This document shows, piece after piece, positions 44,461 through 61,302 of a stretch of DNA of 64,000 bases. The translations under genes were made by a program, and so were the position numbers. This stretch comes from Chrysomallon squamiferum (Eukaryota; Animalia; Mollusca). The notes beneath the pieces were generated by a model. The model had not been told where the DNA came from and made no database searches. It saw only the letters and a program-made list of their open reading frames with translations. Where the stretch lies: positions 27,032,001 through 27,096,000 of the forward strand of contig CM022671.1 in NCBI GenBank assembly GCA_012295275.1, written 5' to 3'. The first letter of the stretch is position 1, and each line of letters starts with the position of its first letter.

Positions 44461-44497
<37 letters not shown>

Positions 44498-47400
44498 ATA
44501 AAAACTTTAAAAACAATAATAATAAAATAAAAATAATAATAATAATAATTTCATAAGAAAGTTTGTTAAAAGTGTAAAATATTCATTGAAAAACAAACAT
44601 ATTTGATAAAGTTTTACAAGCAGCTTAACTAAATTTTTTAACAACAATAAATTTTCCTCTGTTAAAATGTATACTTATTACAAAAGCACTGTTGGTGAGT
44701 GTTACAACCATGGTGGTCAAATTAAGCCAGCTGTGTCGATCAAGATCAACAAAGCCTCACTGCATACCACAAATAAATGACTCTTGGCTTGTGGAGATTA
44801 AACAGGTGTTGTTTTTACACAGAGAGATGAGTAAGCTGTATTTCTAAGTACATGAACAGTACAGATTACTGTGTTTAAATTTTAAGAAAATAATAATTAG
44901 GCCTTGAAAATATACAAATTCATGAATAAATGATCAAATTACAGTATGCACCGAAATACTGAATGTACAATGGCTCCAACTGAATTTTTTTTTTAACGTG
45001 TCCTTTTAAGGATACCTGTAATATAAAACTCTACACCTTATCTACTACCAGTGAAGTTTTTCATAACATACCTTTATTCTTCTTAGAATTACATACGACG
45101 GCTCTGATAACCAGCAAACATCGCACACCGGCCCACCCCACATACGTGTCACCTCAACAAAACCCGGCTGTTCTGCACCACTGAACAATTTTAACTGAAT
45201 ATTTTTAAAAAAATTCTTACTGCAGAGAAGAAACTTCACAGTTGACTGCGCATTGCATGATGTGTAAAATCAGTCGTCTTTGTGGGAACTGCTTTCCTTG
45301 TGTCAGCTCTCAGTTACAGTTTGTATTTGATAAAAAGACTCTTAAAATGCTAATTGGAATTGTAGCTCTAATTCTTTATGTTCAAATGTTAGATTAATTA
45401 ATAAATAATATACAATTAATTAATAAATACAATAATATATAATTAGCTAAATAGAAAAAATATACAAACAGTTAAGTTTATTAATTTTAATTATTTCATT
45501 ATTTTTAGATACTCAGAAGAACAATCAAGCTGCATTCAGTAAATAACCACAATGTTAAAGGTTTTGGATTATTTTTTATCTCGCCTTCAATGTGTGTATA
45601 TAAATATCCAAGCTCAATGTCCCCAAATTTTTAAATTTCATTTTGTTTTCCTAAGTTGATGAAATATATACTTGTTACTGACTAGAATGGTGGTTATGTT
45701 AAATCTTATTCTTCTAAAAGGAAAATTGGTAGAATGAATATCTTTCTATACAGTTAACTATTCTTTTAACTATTGATTTCTTTTTCTTTCTTTTTTCTTT
45801 TAATTTATTTAATTAATAAGTTTCATACATTCAAGGCAATTTCCTTTGTGCTATGTGAAAAATAGAATCTAAACAGAATAAAATGGATCCTAAGCTTAAA
45901 AGAATTATTTTGTTTATAGATGCATACATCTTTTTTCTTTCATTATTATTATTTTTGATTATAGACGCATTAAGGAGAAACACACACTTCATGCCAAGTA
46001 CTATCAATGTAATCAAACACATAAAATAATATCTTAAATTTTAGCTTGATACTAGTTATTTATTTTAATGCAGGAACAATGTCAGTCTTTTATTCACTGA
46101 TCCATTTAAAAATTTATAACACAATATCAGAAAACAACAAAAACCTCTCAATTTTAAGATTTTTTTTTATTTTTTATTGTTTAAATTTAATTTTGACAAT
46201 ATCTTTTCTCCCCATAACATTATAATTACTTGTATGTACAAGGTTAGTGACATTTTTATATATAGTATATAATATTACTCATCTGAAACACCAATGAACT
46301 CAGTGCACTGATAAAATAATCTTTAACATATAATTTGCATATTAATTTCATATACAGCAACCATCACAAGCAAAATTACATTTAAAAAAAAAAAAATCAG
46401 AATAATGGAATCGTTTTATCCACTTTTATGTGAATAATTACATTTAAATAATAATGACTCATTATGATGGAACACTGCATGAAAACAAAACACAATGGAA
46501 TAATACATGATTGTCTAACACATTTTATATAAATATGTTATTTCATAAACTGAGATTTTTACACCTGATTTAGCAATAATTAGAATATGTGTGACATAGA
46601 AGTAGATTTTAACTACTATTGAAATATGCAATGGTTAGCATTCAAAAACTGCTGGTTATTTTTTTAACATGAGTAATAAGCTAATCAACTGTTTATTGTT
46701 ATAATATATATAATATCTGAATGATGAATTTCTACACACACTTTATCACAGTCATTGTGTTTGTTGTTAAATGTCAGTCAACTGATGTGACCTCAACTTT
46801 ATAGTATTATGTTCCCATTAATAAATTTATAATAATAATAATAATAATAATAATAAAGACAATAATAATAATAATAAAAGCAGTTGTAATAAAGAAAATA
46901 ATAATATTAACATTAATAATTTAAAAATTAATTTTTTTTTTTGTGGCTTGAATTGAAATAGCATTATAGTAACTTCGTTTGATAATCATGACTGTAAACC
47001 AAATTCTTTATCCTTTTTTCAGTAAACTGAAGTATAAATGACCAGATAATGCATTGACTTAAAATAGTTATCTTTTGTTAAAACTCAAAAATTGTTATTA
47101 ATCATGGGTTTATGGAAGTCCCAGGATCAAAACATGATAAAATGACTATAAATTTTATCACATGTTTCAAACAACATACACTGCTTGATTTTTAATTTAA
47201 AAAAAGTAAATAAATTACAATATATAGATTCTTAAATCTGATATCGTCTTTTTTATTTAAAAATATTGATTTCAGTATTCTAAAATCAATATAATTATAA
47301 ATAAAGACTAGATTGTGTTATTTAAAAATTAATATTTAGCAAGGTGCTCATGTTAGTTATAGTACTGAATCTTTTTCTCTGGTCTTTGGTGGAGAAAAAT

Positions 47401-49515
47401 ATATTGTAACATCTTTAAAAAAAAAAGGGAAAAACTCTCCACCCCAAAAACCAACAAATAATACAATAATAAAAAAACAAAAAAACAATACAGAATTGAA
47501 AAGACAATAAATTTGATTAAAAAAAATAATAATAATAATATATTTAATAAAAATAATAATAACAACATATAATAATAAAAACAATCAGAAAACACTTTGT
47601 AATTATGACATAACACAATATGTAAACTAAATAACATTCCAGACATGAAATCTCATTCAAATTGATAAAGACATTAACATTATTGGAAATGCATTTTAAT
47701 GTTTAGAAGAAGAAGAAAAAAAATTAACATTACAAGTAAATTGAACAAAATCCACCATATTAATTACACAGAAATGATTAGGTTAAACCCTACACTCTCT
47801 TCAACTAAATATAGCACATTTTACTGATGTAGATTCACTTTAAATGCACCTGTGGTTTTAACAGATAATGTATATGCACTTCATTGTTTCATTTATTCAC
47901 AAAGGGTATTTGTGTTACAATGGTATTTGAACATGTCTGCAAAAAAACAAACAATATGGAGACTACCTTGTTATATTCTTGTAGCAAAAAAAAAAAAACA
48001 TTTGTAATTTAAACTGTAGATGAAAGTAGGAAAAGAAATCATTGTGGTTTGTATTATAATATATAAATGAATAATGCATTAATTATTATCAGTGTGTACT
48101 GTAGCTGACACATATTCTCACAATAACAAATGCAGCAGCTGATGAAAGTTACAGAAATGGTTAGTCATTTGAAATGAGCACACATCTGTTCAAAATATTA
48201 CACAAGAAACATTTTCTACGGTAATAATGGAAAATATTTGATATTATGTAACTATGTATGTATACTGATTAACTTGTTTCACTTATCTGGTGTACAAATC
48301 ATTAAATGTAGGCTATATAGTTATTACTATGAAATGATATTTCATTTTCCTTTGCAGGGTTCAAGTTAACAAATACAATCTTAAATGATGAGAAAAAAAA
48401 AAAAAGTTTTTCTGTTTGATATCTGCATTATGTTAGAACACTGAATACTAAACATACATAATTTTAAATTAAAACATAGATTAAATATCTGAAAAGTTTC
48501 TTATTAAATCAAAGGATTAATGATCTTGGAATTTGACCTTATTAATAAATCACCATCTGCAGAGTTTTCTTTACAAAATAACATCATTATCAGAGTTTTC
48601 TGCCTGCAAGGCTTAAATCAGAAACCTAATTCTAATTAAGACCTCAAAATTTGAATTATATACATATTTTTGGGAAAAAAAGTTTTATTAAAGGTATCAG
48701 AAACAGTTCAAACTCTGTACTCATCTGTCAACAGTTAACAATTTTCAGCAAATAACTCTGATTCTGTTGATAAAATAAATTATGCACTCAAAACTTTCTA
48801 GCAAAATTGTAAACATTCTAGTCAAAAATACACTCTCTCTAAAAAAAACACCTGATAATATAAAATGGCCTTAAATGAAATGCTAGATCTTAACACTACA
48901 CAATATAATTACCATATGAACAGTTCGGTGGAAGATGCTTTTCAAGTAAAATGGAGTATAGGTTTGTTTGTACTGTGTTTTTACAGCAAACTATTCTGAC
49001 AGGCTTCTAAAACATTACTATCAAATCTAAATCCCAATCAACTTACCAACTTCTAAAAATCCACTTATAAAATAAATGAACATATATTTTAATGCAGATG
49101 AAAGAAATATTTAATGACATATAACTTAAAAGTATTGATGAAGACTAGATCTAATTAAGATACATCTGATCAAATTAAATATTAACTTTAATTAATCACC
49201 TGGGTATATAAACCAATTAAAGATTTAGCCAGAACTGGCAATAACTAGCATTTAAATTAGGCAGACATCTTCAAAATGAATATTCAATGGACTCTAAAAT
49301 TCTAAACAAATTTTAATATAATTTAATCAAAAAGTAGAATGTATGTAAAAGTGTACAAACAGCACCAAATGCTCTAGTACTTAGTATGATTAAATCTGCT
49401 TTACATACAGATACAAATATAATCAAGATGTATAAAGATATGGTAAGACTAATTAAGATTGTCAAAATTATCTGATAAGATTTATCAGTTATTTTTAAAC
49501 TCCTAACAGGTTTAT

Positions 49516-49548
<33 letters not shown>

Positions 49549-51769
49549 TTCAAAATTCTTTAAAATTTTAAAATAAGAAAACAGAATAAATAACTGTTTA
49601 AAGACAATGAAATAGAAAATTTAAACTGTTTGGTTAGTGGCAAAAATTGTTACTGGTGTGTAAACTGTTTATAATTAGAATACAAAACAAGAAGAAAATC
49701 TGATGTTTATAAGGTTTTTTCAACAGGTATTTTTTGTTTTTATTTTTATATTTTCATAATGGATGCTTCAGTTTTATAATAGTTATAAACTGATATTAAA
49801 TGAAATATTTAATCAAATATATAATAAAATAATAAAATTAAATACTTTAAACTTAACACCACCACCCTCACAAAAAAAAAAAAAAAAAAAAAATAATAAT
49901 AATAGTAATAATAATAATAATAATTACAAATAAATAAATAAATAATAATAATAATTATAAACTGAAAAAGTGCCAAATATTATGCATTTTTAAATCTAAT
50001 GATTTGATAATTGTTTATTATTTATAAATGCAGACAAATGACAAGAACAAGCCATTAATAATTCCAAATAATTCTTATTTTCTTATAAAAACAAAAAATA
50101 GCTTTCAAAAATTGTTTAGCTTTACTGCACCATTACATGCTTATAATATTATGTTTGCATAATTATTTCTTATCAAATACAGATAAAAATAAATCTAAGA
50201 AAACCACCCAACTAATAATTCTAAAATATATAAAATGTATTTAACTATTTGTTTTTAACAATACAAATAAAATTCATATTTTCAAAAACTATACAATTTA
50301 TTTAAAATAAAATTAAAAAAAAAAAAAAAAAAAGAAAACAGTTAAAGATGTAGGTTTTGCATATAAAAATATAATTAAAAAATAATAATTTTTTTATATT
50401 TCCTTTTAAGTGGGGTTTTTTTTTTTTTTTTTTCTCTCTGTTCACTGAAACTTTAATATGATTGTATCTTCCTGCTTACTTCAAATATACTGCATAAATG
50501 TTTATATAATACTGTAAATAAGATCACTGTAAACTCAACAACAGCAACAGACCAATCCCAGATTCCAAACAGCAACAGTTGTTTTTATATTTTTTAATTT
50601 TTTTGTCTACATAAATAACATTTAAATAATGATACCAGCTATATTATTATTATTACATAATTTTTTTTTTTTCCTTTATAATCCAAACACAAAGAGATAA
50701 AAGAAGACAGTGTGAATAACAACAGCCTGTGTAACATCTTTCTGTTATAAATAAATAAACAAAATAAAACTGAAATATTTATATTTAAAAAACAGTTCAA
50801 CAGAAAGTGAAAATATTACATCTCATTTAAAGTGTGAAAGGGTAAAAAGTGCAAAATATCCAATGTGTTTTTTAAAATATCAGAAATCATCTGAAAAGAC
50901 TGAATTCCAGTGTATAATTTATAATAGTAATAACTCCTGAAATTTATTTTTTCAATCTTGCTTCTAATTTCATAAAAATTAAGCAAATTATTCTCATTTC
51001 TTCACTAGTGATTTTCAAATTAATATAAATGATATTTTGAAATAAGTCTTGTAATTTAAATTAACAAAGTTAAACATTTTTCTTAACTGGTGTCTTGATT
51101 CCTATATCTTTATTATAAAAACAAAATATTAATACAAATGTGATATTTAGTTTAATTTGTAAAGGGAGATCACTTGGTGTAAAACCACAAAAGATGTGGG
51201 AAAATTCTAAAAAAAATGAATAATTTAAAAATTAATTAAGAAAATGCAACTTTAAATGATTATTCATGGTTAAATGAGAAGGTCATAATTATTAACAGTA
51301 AAAAAAATTTATCTCATAATTCTGAAAAACTATTTTGATCAAAATGTAAATTTATGACTACTAAATACATTTATTTATTTTATTTAAACACTATAAAAAT
51401 TCTAAGATTAAAGATAAAAACTAAAATATTCTGTTATTTTTTTAATCTTTTTTGTTTGTTTGTTTTGTTTGGATTTTTTTAATATTTTCTGTCAATGAGG
51501 TGAAACATTTAGGAAAATGGAATGTTGGTTAATTAAAATAACTAACATAACATAACAGATGAATATTTGATATGTGTGATAACATTAAATTTAAGAATCT
51601 CAAATCTTGTTTAGTCCCACTCATCAAACAAAAAACAACAAGAAAGAAAGAAACCAAAAATAATAAAAATTTAAAAACTAAAAGATTTGTTAAAACAAAA
51701 ACTAATAATAATAATTTGAAAAAAAAACACACAAAAAAAAAAAAAACAAATAAATGAATAAATAAATAC

Positions 51770-51816
<47 letters not shown>

Positions 51817-54800
51817 CAAACAGAAATGATAATAACAATTTCGAAACTAAAACAAAACCTAAAATCTAAAAGGAAATGAAACATTAAAACAAAAGAATAT
51901 TTAAAATGTTTTGGTTTACAACAAAATTAACAGGTTAAAATTTGGGTCTGTTTCAGTATTTTAAACATCACTTACTTCATTTCAAAGCAAATAACAAAAT
52001 TTCTACAATGACAGACTGCGATTAAATATACATCTAAAAATGCAAAAAAATATTTAAATCTGTATATTTAATTTTGCATAAATATGTACTAAATGATTTT
52101 TTTAACAACAACATTATCTAAAAAATTCATTAACAATTATTCATATTCGTATTCAAAAAATCTAAACATAAAAATAATATGCATCTGAATAATAGTGGTT
52201 AAACTGCATATTGATATATCGATAAAAATGTGCACACCTTAAAAACCTCATAAAATAAATAGATCTATCAACAGCACGTATTTCTGAATATTAATTGTTA
52301 TTGACAACAGAACACCCTAATAAGTTATGAGACAGTTTCTGCCAAACAAACATGCCACCATGACAGAACCACATGTTACCGAGACCAGAGATTTACGTCA
52401 CTCACGATGCCATATGACAATGTCAAGAGTCACATGTTTCTTGGACGAGATGTCGAGATATCGAGATATCTCACTTGAAAGCCCATTAAAAAAATCTTGC
52501 TGTCTGGTTAGTTAGTCCTAGCGAAGCACCCATTCATGTCATTATGCAGCTAGTTTTCTTTTTTCGGCTGCAAATATAAATAAGAAAGGACAAATCTTAT
52601 AAGTCGAGATAATTCTTCGTTTTATTCTGAACATTCTTATTTGACATAATTAGATATTTATCTGTATAAAATATATATATATATATGTATTAGTTTAAGC
52701 TAAGCAAATTATTAATGTAAATTTAATACATGATAACTCTTAATTAAAGCTAAATTTTGGAATTTTTTAAAATATTTTTAATATTTTCAAATTAACAGTT
52801 TTAAAATAATAAAAAAAAAGTATACACATGAATATAAATTATTATAAAGATAAATCTTTCATATAAAATACAATTAACATTTCTTAAGTTTAAAAAATAA
52901 TCATTCTGTAGCAAATCATGGTTTGAGGAAATTATATTTTAATAATTAATTAATGAATTTTGCTGCATTGCAGGAGAAATTAGACAAGGTGAAGGAATGA
53001 ATTATTTTTAAACATTCTTGTTAATACTTATTAATTTACTTATGTTCTTCCCTTTCAACTCAATTTCATTGTTTAGAAGATTCACTATTCTTTATAATTA
53101 TTTATCATTTAGTAAAAAGTTCATACTAACAAGTAAATATTTGTTAACAAATTGTTATACATCCGACTTATACAATTTTTTTTTTTCTTTTTTTTTCTTA
53201 AAAATCTTTAATGTATTAAATGTAAGCATTAAAATATTATTATTTGGCTTTCTTGGCAGGGTAGGGGTTTGTGCAAATCATGAGATTTCAAATATAAATG
53301 TTTACTAACATTTTAATTAAATTTACTCATTTTTGTTATTTAATTTATTACTGGGTAATCGTAAATGGCTCTAAGAATTTTTAAAATGCCACTCTCAACT
53401 CTTGTAAAAAAATAAAAATAAAAATAATAGTAATAAATAAATTTATATGAATAAAATAATAATCCATACAAAATTATTTTTATTATGTGTTTTTTTGGTT
53501 TTTTTGTCTGAAACTTTTTAAACTTTTTATTTAGTTAGTTTTTATTATTTACTTTGTCATCAATGACAACAAAAAATACATATATTCATATATATATGCA
53601 TGTATCTTTTGTATATATTTTTTTGCTAGGAGACCTCTGTGGCAAGGAATTAAGTTTGGGCAGGCAAACAGCACTGTCTAACTAACTAGTGTGTGCAGTC
53701 TCTAAAATCTAGTGCACATGCATCATAAACAGTAGAGGAACTTAATTAAAACTGTTTTCATCATTTCTGCACTCGTATGTACTAATCTACAAATCACACC
53801 ACTTTAAAAATAACTGAAACAGATCCATAGTTCAACAAAATAAACATTTTTTACCCCATTCCCTGATAATTTTTCACATCTGAATAAAAGTAGCTAATGG
53901 CAATATAGGTGTATAAAATACCTTATACTAACCCCAGTTAATTTTTTAGCAAACTCATTAAAAATTATTAATAATAATTTTCTTTTCAATATTTTATTCT
54001 TCATTAAAAAATACATATATATATCTATATAAAAAATAAAAAATAAATGTATTTAGCATATGTAACAAATGAAAAAAATAACAATAATTATATAAAAATT
54101 GTTTTTTTAATTAGCAATATTATACTTTTCATATAATTGTTTATTATTTATTTTTTTTATTTTTATTTTTTTATTTTTTTATAATTAAATTAAATTAAAT
54201 CATTAGGAATATCATAATTAATTTTTATAAAAAATCTTTGGAATAATAATTTTTAAAATTTTATTAATAAATTAAACAGCTTATCAAATTAAAAAGGATC
54301 ATAATTAAATCAGTAACATTTTATAATTAATTACACATTGAAAAATGTTAAAAATAAAAATTTTAAGAACCAAAATTAAATAAAATAAAAAACAGTCATG
54401 TTAGTAAATTAAAAATAATAATAAAAAAACAGTTTACTTAGCAATATTATAATTTGTTAAATCAAAAACAGATAATAATGAATTAACTTAAAGTCCCAGT
54501 TACTTAAATTAATTTTCAAAAAATTATAATTCATAATTAATTCACTTAGCACTAATAATCTATCATAGAGTTCATGATTATATAAAAAGAATTAAAAAAA
54601 AAATGTATTAAAATTAATATGTAATTTACCAATCAAATTATATCATCACTATTTAAATCATAAACCTGTTTAAGATTTTAAAGTAATTATTTGTGAATTT
54701 CAGATGTTTTGTGAAGAAGGGGGTCAGGGAAGAGATTTGATGGAAAGCATGTCTGAGCTGAATAGGATTTCACACAGTCTTAAATAAATGGCACCACTTA

Positions 54801-56865
54801 CAGAACAGAAGCAAAATTAAAATTCAACTTTTTCCCAAGCTAACAAATATCTCCCATTTTCATTCCAGGTATGTTAGCAATCACAAAATTATGCCTGTGA
54901 TTATTTCTCTTATAAATGAATTCAGTCATTTCAGATATTTTCTTCATTTGGCTTGTATCAATTTTTAATCCAGCATAAAAAATTAAAATTTGTTTCTGAA
55001 CATAAAATATTATGTGCAGAATTTTTAAATGTTTGTTAATTTATTTAGTAATCAATTTTAAAACTGCTTATAAATAAAGACATATTTCTGAATAGAATTA
55101 ATGCATAAATTTAACTTTTAAATTTTCATTTTCTGTTTCTTGAGTAACACAATTAATATGCATATTTTTAATATTAAAGATTATTAGTTTTTAATAATTT
55201 TTCATTAGTAAATATTATATAAAAATAAATTGAAAGTAACTGAATGGAACTTAAAAGAAACTGAAACAGTTTAAATAATATACTATGCTTGACAATAAAA
55301 ATACTCCTGAATGAAAAAACACATACATATACATATATATATATATAAAACAATAATCTCCAACTGTCAACAAAATATTAATAATGATGATACATATCTG
55401 ATTCACTATGAATGAAATAATGTTTATTAATACCAAATTCAGTAAAAGTTTTCTTAATACTGAACTTATTAAACTGACATGATTATATAATAAGTAACAA
55501 ATAAATCTGACATATTTCAAACATTCTTAATACAACAATTACAATCCAGAATCATTTTGCACCACAAACTTTCAAAGGCAAAGAGAAAAAAATGAACTGC
55601 CACCATTTTGCATATATCCACCAAGAGAAACTTCAGTCTCCAAAGAAATAAATTATATATTAAATAGGTATATTTTCTGAGAAAAAAATTGTAAAGCTTT
55701 TGTTTCATAACATCCACTGAGATAACATTATTTTGTCCAAACAGTCAACTGATTGTTATAAGTCAAATATTAAATATACTGCAGTCACAAGTCTGCTAGA
55801 ATAATCAATCAAGATGATTCTATCCCACTGATGAAAGTGCTTCAAAATTGTGCTATCACAAAAGTGAACTATTCTGTAGAGCAATAGCTGATATGGTTGG
55901 AAGTACAACAGAAGAAGAATGGCCGTGAGTTGATTTCAGTGGAGAGCTTCACAGTCTAAAAGAAATAAAGATACAATGTAAAAATCTTAAACCTCGTTTC
56001 ATTTACCACTAGCTTCTTTAAGAATGTTCTTCCTTCATCCACCGTTTTTATTATTTAATTGGTTTTTAATACTGATCTATTTATTTATACATTTTATTAT
56101 TATTTATTTGGGGAAGGAGTTTTTTTTTTTTTTTTCAGAGGTTGTTTGTCAACACAGAGGAATATGTTAATAGCTGTCAAAATCCCCACCAATTTATTTT
56201 AAAAAAACAATTAAAAAAAAAATAATAATTAAGGATTTTAAAAATTATGCTGGATATGTAAATCATTTTTAAATCAAACTGTGCTTCACAAAATGTTAGT
56301 TGTTAATGATAACATAACTGCTCCTGCATGGCCATGCTAATAATGAAATTGTCAGTAACTGTGTTCTTCCACCAACAAATGCAAAATAATATTAGCTGAA
56401 ACAGCATTTTATAAGAATGCATATATTTAACTGAAATAGACTATGAACTAATTCATCACTATTCTACTGAAAACTGTTATAAATGTCATCAGATATTATG
56501 ACAGACAGATTCTAGAAATTATTAATAATCACTGAAAATATGAAAAACTAAATTATTCAAAATTAATCAAATGAAATAATAACTATAAAAATAATAATAA
56601 GAAGATTAATAAACTAGTGTCTCTTGAAAAATAATTACTTTTAGATCTGTAAAGATTGCCAGAATAAAATTAAATATATTGTTCATTGGTTAAACAAAAA
56701 TTAAAATTAAAGCAATTTATGAAAATAAAAAATTAAGATAATAAAATATAAAAATCAAAAAAATTATTTAGATTTGAAAAGATAGTTATTCATTTTGTTC
56801 ATATAATCTGAATGAATAACTAAATGTGCATAATTAAGAAAGCACATACATTCAGCATTCAGCTT

Positions 56866-56914
<49 letters not shown>

Positions 56915-59900
56915 TTATGTACGACTATCTGCTTATCTAAATGTTTGTTACTTTGTATTTTAACAAAATCTTGTTTATACAATATATTCCCTTCCCAATA
57001 ATAAAATACAAAATTGTTATGCAAAGAAATGAATAAATAAAATTTTAAAAATAATAAAAATGAACTGAGGATTAGTATATGGTTAGCAAACTGAACATAA
57101 TGGTTTTTTCTAGAAACAAATACGCAACTCACCACAGAGATTACTAATATCTATAGAGGAAAAAAAAAAAAAATAAGAAAACAATCTTAATCTACTGAAT
57201 ACTGTACAGTATTTCTAGATACTAAATATTTTAAAACTTGTTAATTAAATATGAAGAAAAAAAAAAAAATAAAATAAAATAGATATAAATATAAACTTCA
57301 TTTTTTTTTAATAATAAATAAATAAATATATAAACAAATAAATAAATAAAAATAAAATACATAAAATGTAATAATAATAATAATAATATAATATTAATAA
57401 TAATAATAATAATTTTAAGAATATAAAAAACCCCCTCAATTTTTGATCTCAAGGTTTTTCAAGACACTGTATCTCTAAAAAATGTACAGGAGTATTTGTG
57501 TGTAAGTGCATGCATGCATTAGTATGTGTGTTAAGGCTTATATAAGCTCATTTCAAAATAATTACTTGCATATTCTGCCATGCTCTCATTAACAACATTC
57601 CACAAATAAATGAAAAAATAATAAAAAAAGAAAAGATTCTTTAGCATGCTATTTAGTTATGATTAGCTGATGAATGCACTAAAACTGTTCTGAAATATTT
57701 TTTATTTTTTTTTTTTTTTTTTTATTTCACAACATGTGGCTTAGTACAACATGCAGTGCATATCAAGTTACCATGATTCCTAATAAAGCAAGAACCAAAA
57801 ATTTCTAAGGAGGGATCTGAATGCACAGGATGATCAGGAAGTTTCATGTGTTAATAACATAGGAATGACAGTTATAAAATAGTTATTAAAAACAAAATAG
57901 AAAAACAATGAAAGTTAAAAAAAGAAAAAAATTGTTTTAATATAATATAAATTTATCAATAAAGTAATAACTTAAATAATATCATATTCAAAAGTTGTTT
58001 AAAAATAATTATGATAAATAAATAATGAAATAAAATTAATTATAAATAAATAACAATATAATTTATAAAGTTTGTTTCTATCTAAAACTGGGGTTACTTT
58101 AAAGCAAAATTTTGAAATAATATATCTTGACATATTTTTTTTTGCTTGTGATTCTGAATGAAATTTCCATCAAAGAGTCAATGCAAAACAGACAAAACTC
58201 CATAAATTTGTCGATTTAAAATTAACATTATTTTATGTCAGCATATTATTGACAAAATATACATTACCAACTTTACTGTCACTTTTATCAAGAATAATCC
58301 AAGAAAATAAAAAACACAAAAAATCTTTTTTTACAGACAACTGAATACAAGAACATTTTCAACCTAAAATTCCTAAACCTAATATTCTTTTGGTTAAACA
58401 ACACCAACATTTACACATCTTAATTTATGTAACTAACAAAAGTAGAAAGGAACAACAGGTCCTCCATTATGAAATATAATACTAGCAGGTTTCTGTCACT
58501 TAATATTATAGATCTGTTTTAGTCAACTGAAGATAGAACAATTAAAATTTTATACATGAATTACAGATGAATACCACAAAATCTACCTTTAATGTTTGGT
58601 AGAAATGCTTTTTTTCAATAATAATATCATTAAATCTATCTTGAAATGTTTTTATTTTGAAAGTAATCAATCTGTAACTAATTAAATGGAATAACATACA
58701 GATAATAATTTGTAAGATGTATTAAAATGAGTAGACCCAGATATTTAAACAATTTATATAAACAAAAATCCAAATCAATAAATTTTATTAATTAAAAATA
58801 TTATAATAGGACAGAAATTATATTTTTAAAGTAGAAAACAAACCAATTATTAATCCATTAGAAATAACTAACTTTAGCAGAAACATCAAAAAAACATCTA
58901 ATACAAGTTATAAAATTAATATTTGTTAAACTGTAGAAAAAAAGGTATCAGCTTGATCAAAACTGTTAAGAAACAGTGCTTTGCGGTAAAAGACAGATGT
59001 AATTAACAAATATTGTAAAATCATTTTATTTTACACAGAAAATAAATAAAAAATACACTAATCAGCTGTTTTTTGAGGTTATTTAAGTAATGAATTCAAC
59101 ACATTTAACAAAGAGCTCTGGTCTGAATGGGAAAACGCTCAGAAATAAGATTTAAAGCTGCAACCAATACTGCCTCAGTCCAAATGAATAACAACAAATT
59201 ACACTTTAGTTGGGTTAATTAATTATGAGTCTTTCTAGAAACAGAAACTGGAAACTGAAACTGAAACTGAAGCAATATTATTACAGTGATATATTATTGT
59301 TATTATTATATGAATGTGATAATAATGTTTTGTAAATCTTGATGACTTAATGTTAAATGATAATAAATGATAACGGCATAACAGAACAACCTCATTATAC
59401 GATACAAAAGCAGTAGTGCATGTTAAATCATTTTACCTATTATAAATGTATCATAAAACTATCATAATTTAGCATTTTATTATTACAGTGATTAAACTGT
59501 ATACACTAAATTATATTTTATATGTAATTGACTTATATTTATAACAGCTAGAATATATGAAGAAATAAGCAATAAAATAAACAATAAAACAAGTATTCTT
59601 CTTCCTTTGCCAAAAAAAAAAAAAAAAAAAAAAGGGGAATCAAAACAGTGTAATTATTGTGAGCAGTAAGGGATTAAACATCTCAATTTACTTTTTCACA
59701 TTTTTTTGTCAAAAGCAACTGAAGTGCAAGACAAATGTGTAATTCCAGTTGATTTTTGAAAATAATGTAACATTAAGAAAGATTTAAAAAGAATTACGAC
59801 AGAAAGAAGCACATAGGAAACAATACAACATTAAACAAAAATGGATTTTCTTTTTCCAGTATTGTATATAATTTGATTACTTGAATTTAATAAATCTTTT

Positions 59901-60397
59901 TTTTTTTTTAAATTGCTTAATTTATAAATGTTTTTTTTTTTTTTTAGTATTAACTAATAAATTATGTTTTTTTAAATTATATAATATCATCTTAATTAAA
60001 TAAAAGAAAAAGTCTAATTCAATTTTATTTTTCATATAAACATCTTTATTAAATAATATTTCAAAAGCATTTTATAATTTGGTTATATAAATATTTGTCT
60101 AAATGTTAGGCATGTCTTCAAATATTCAGTAAATACCAAGTGACATGAATTAAGAAAGAAATCAACAAAATTAAAGATCTGGTCTTAATTTGATGAATAA
60201 ATCTTTAAAATCTAATATTTATAATTTATTACATAAATTTGAAAGAAAAGCTATAATTCAAAATATTTATGTACAGATTACGAAAAAAAGGTTTCATGCA
60301 TAACAAATAAATAAATAAATAAATACAGTCAATCATGCAGAAATATAATATAAAACCAATGATAATTAGTTAATTAATTAAAAAATATATATAAACC

Positions 60398-60433
<36 letters not shown>

Positions 60434-61271
60434 TAATAATAAATAATTAAACAAATAAAGAAAATAAAAAAATAATAAAACTTCAATATGGGATATACAC
60501 ATGTAGAAATACGGAACAAAAATAAATAAATAAAAGAAAGAACTCAAAAGAAAGTGCTTCTATATTTGATACAAATGTGGAGATTTCCACTATCTGAAAG
60601 TGAAGTGCCACTACATGGTGCACTATCACAGCAAGTTTCAGGTGCAGTTCATTACTTTACAACCACAGGTAACAAATACACTAACCATTATCTACACCAC
60701 AGATCAGTTTCAACATTAAAACTAAGTATTCAATGTATATTTAAAAAAATAATAAGCCATCCATACATCAGCTTTAGCATTAAAAGTATATTTTCTATGT
60801 ATATTTTTAAAAACGAAAATAAATTGTAATAAATAATAATAATAATTGTGCTGGATTTCTCTCTGTAATTTGAACCATAACTGAAAGTCAGAGGAAACTA
60901 AATTCTACACTAACAGACTGACCTAAAATAAGCACCGATTTATCAAGATTTGTGAATAAATGTGATGTAATAAAAATAATAATAATAATAAATAATTAAA
61001 TAAATATATAAAATAAATAATAAAATAAATATATAAAATAAATTTTAAAAAAACCCCAAAATCCTGCATAATATATCTTATGTCATTGTTACTGAAAGTT
61101 AAGCCCACCTGTAACATAAATATTTCTAATAATGATTTCTTCAGAAAGGATTTTGCTTCAGACATTAAAAAAAATAATAACAATAAATAAATATATAAAT
61201 AAATAAAAATTAAATTAAATAATTAAATAAATAAATAAATAAACAAATAAATAAATAAATAAGTTAGTAAG

Positions 61272-61302
<31 letters not shown>

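Noticed and set aside
55780-55930. Exon-like GC-richer patch ending cc|gtgag
   Set aside because: Stops in the frames reachable from plausible acceptors and no recognisable protein motif.
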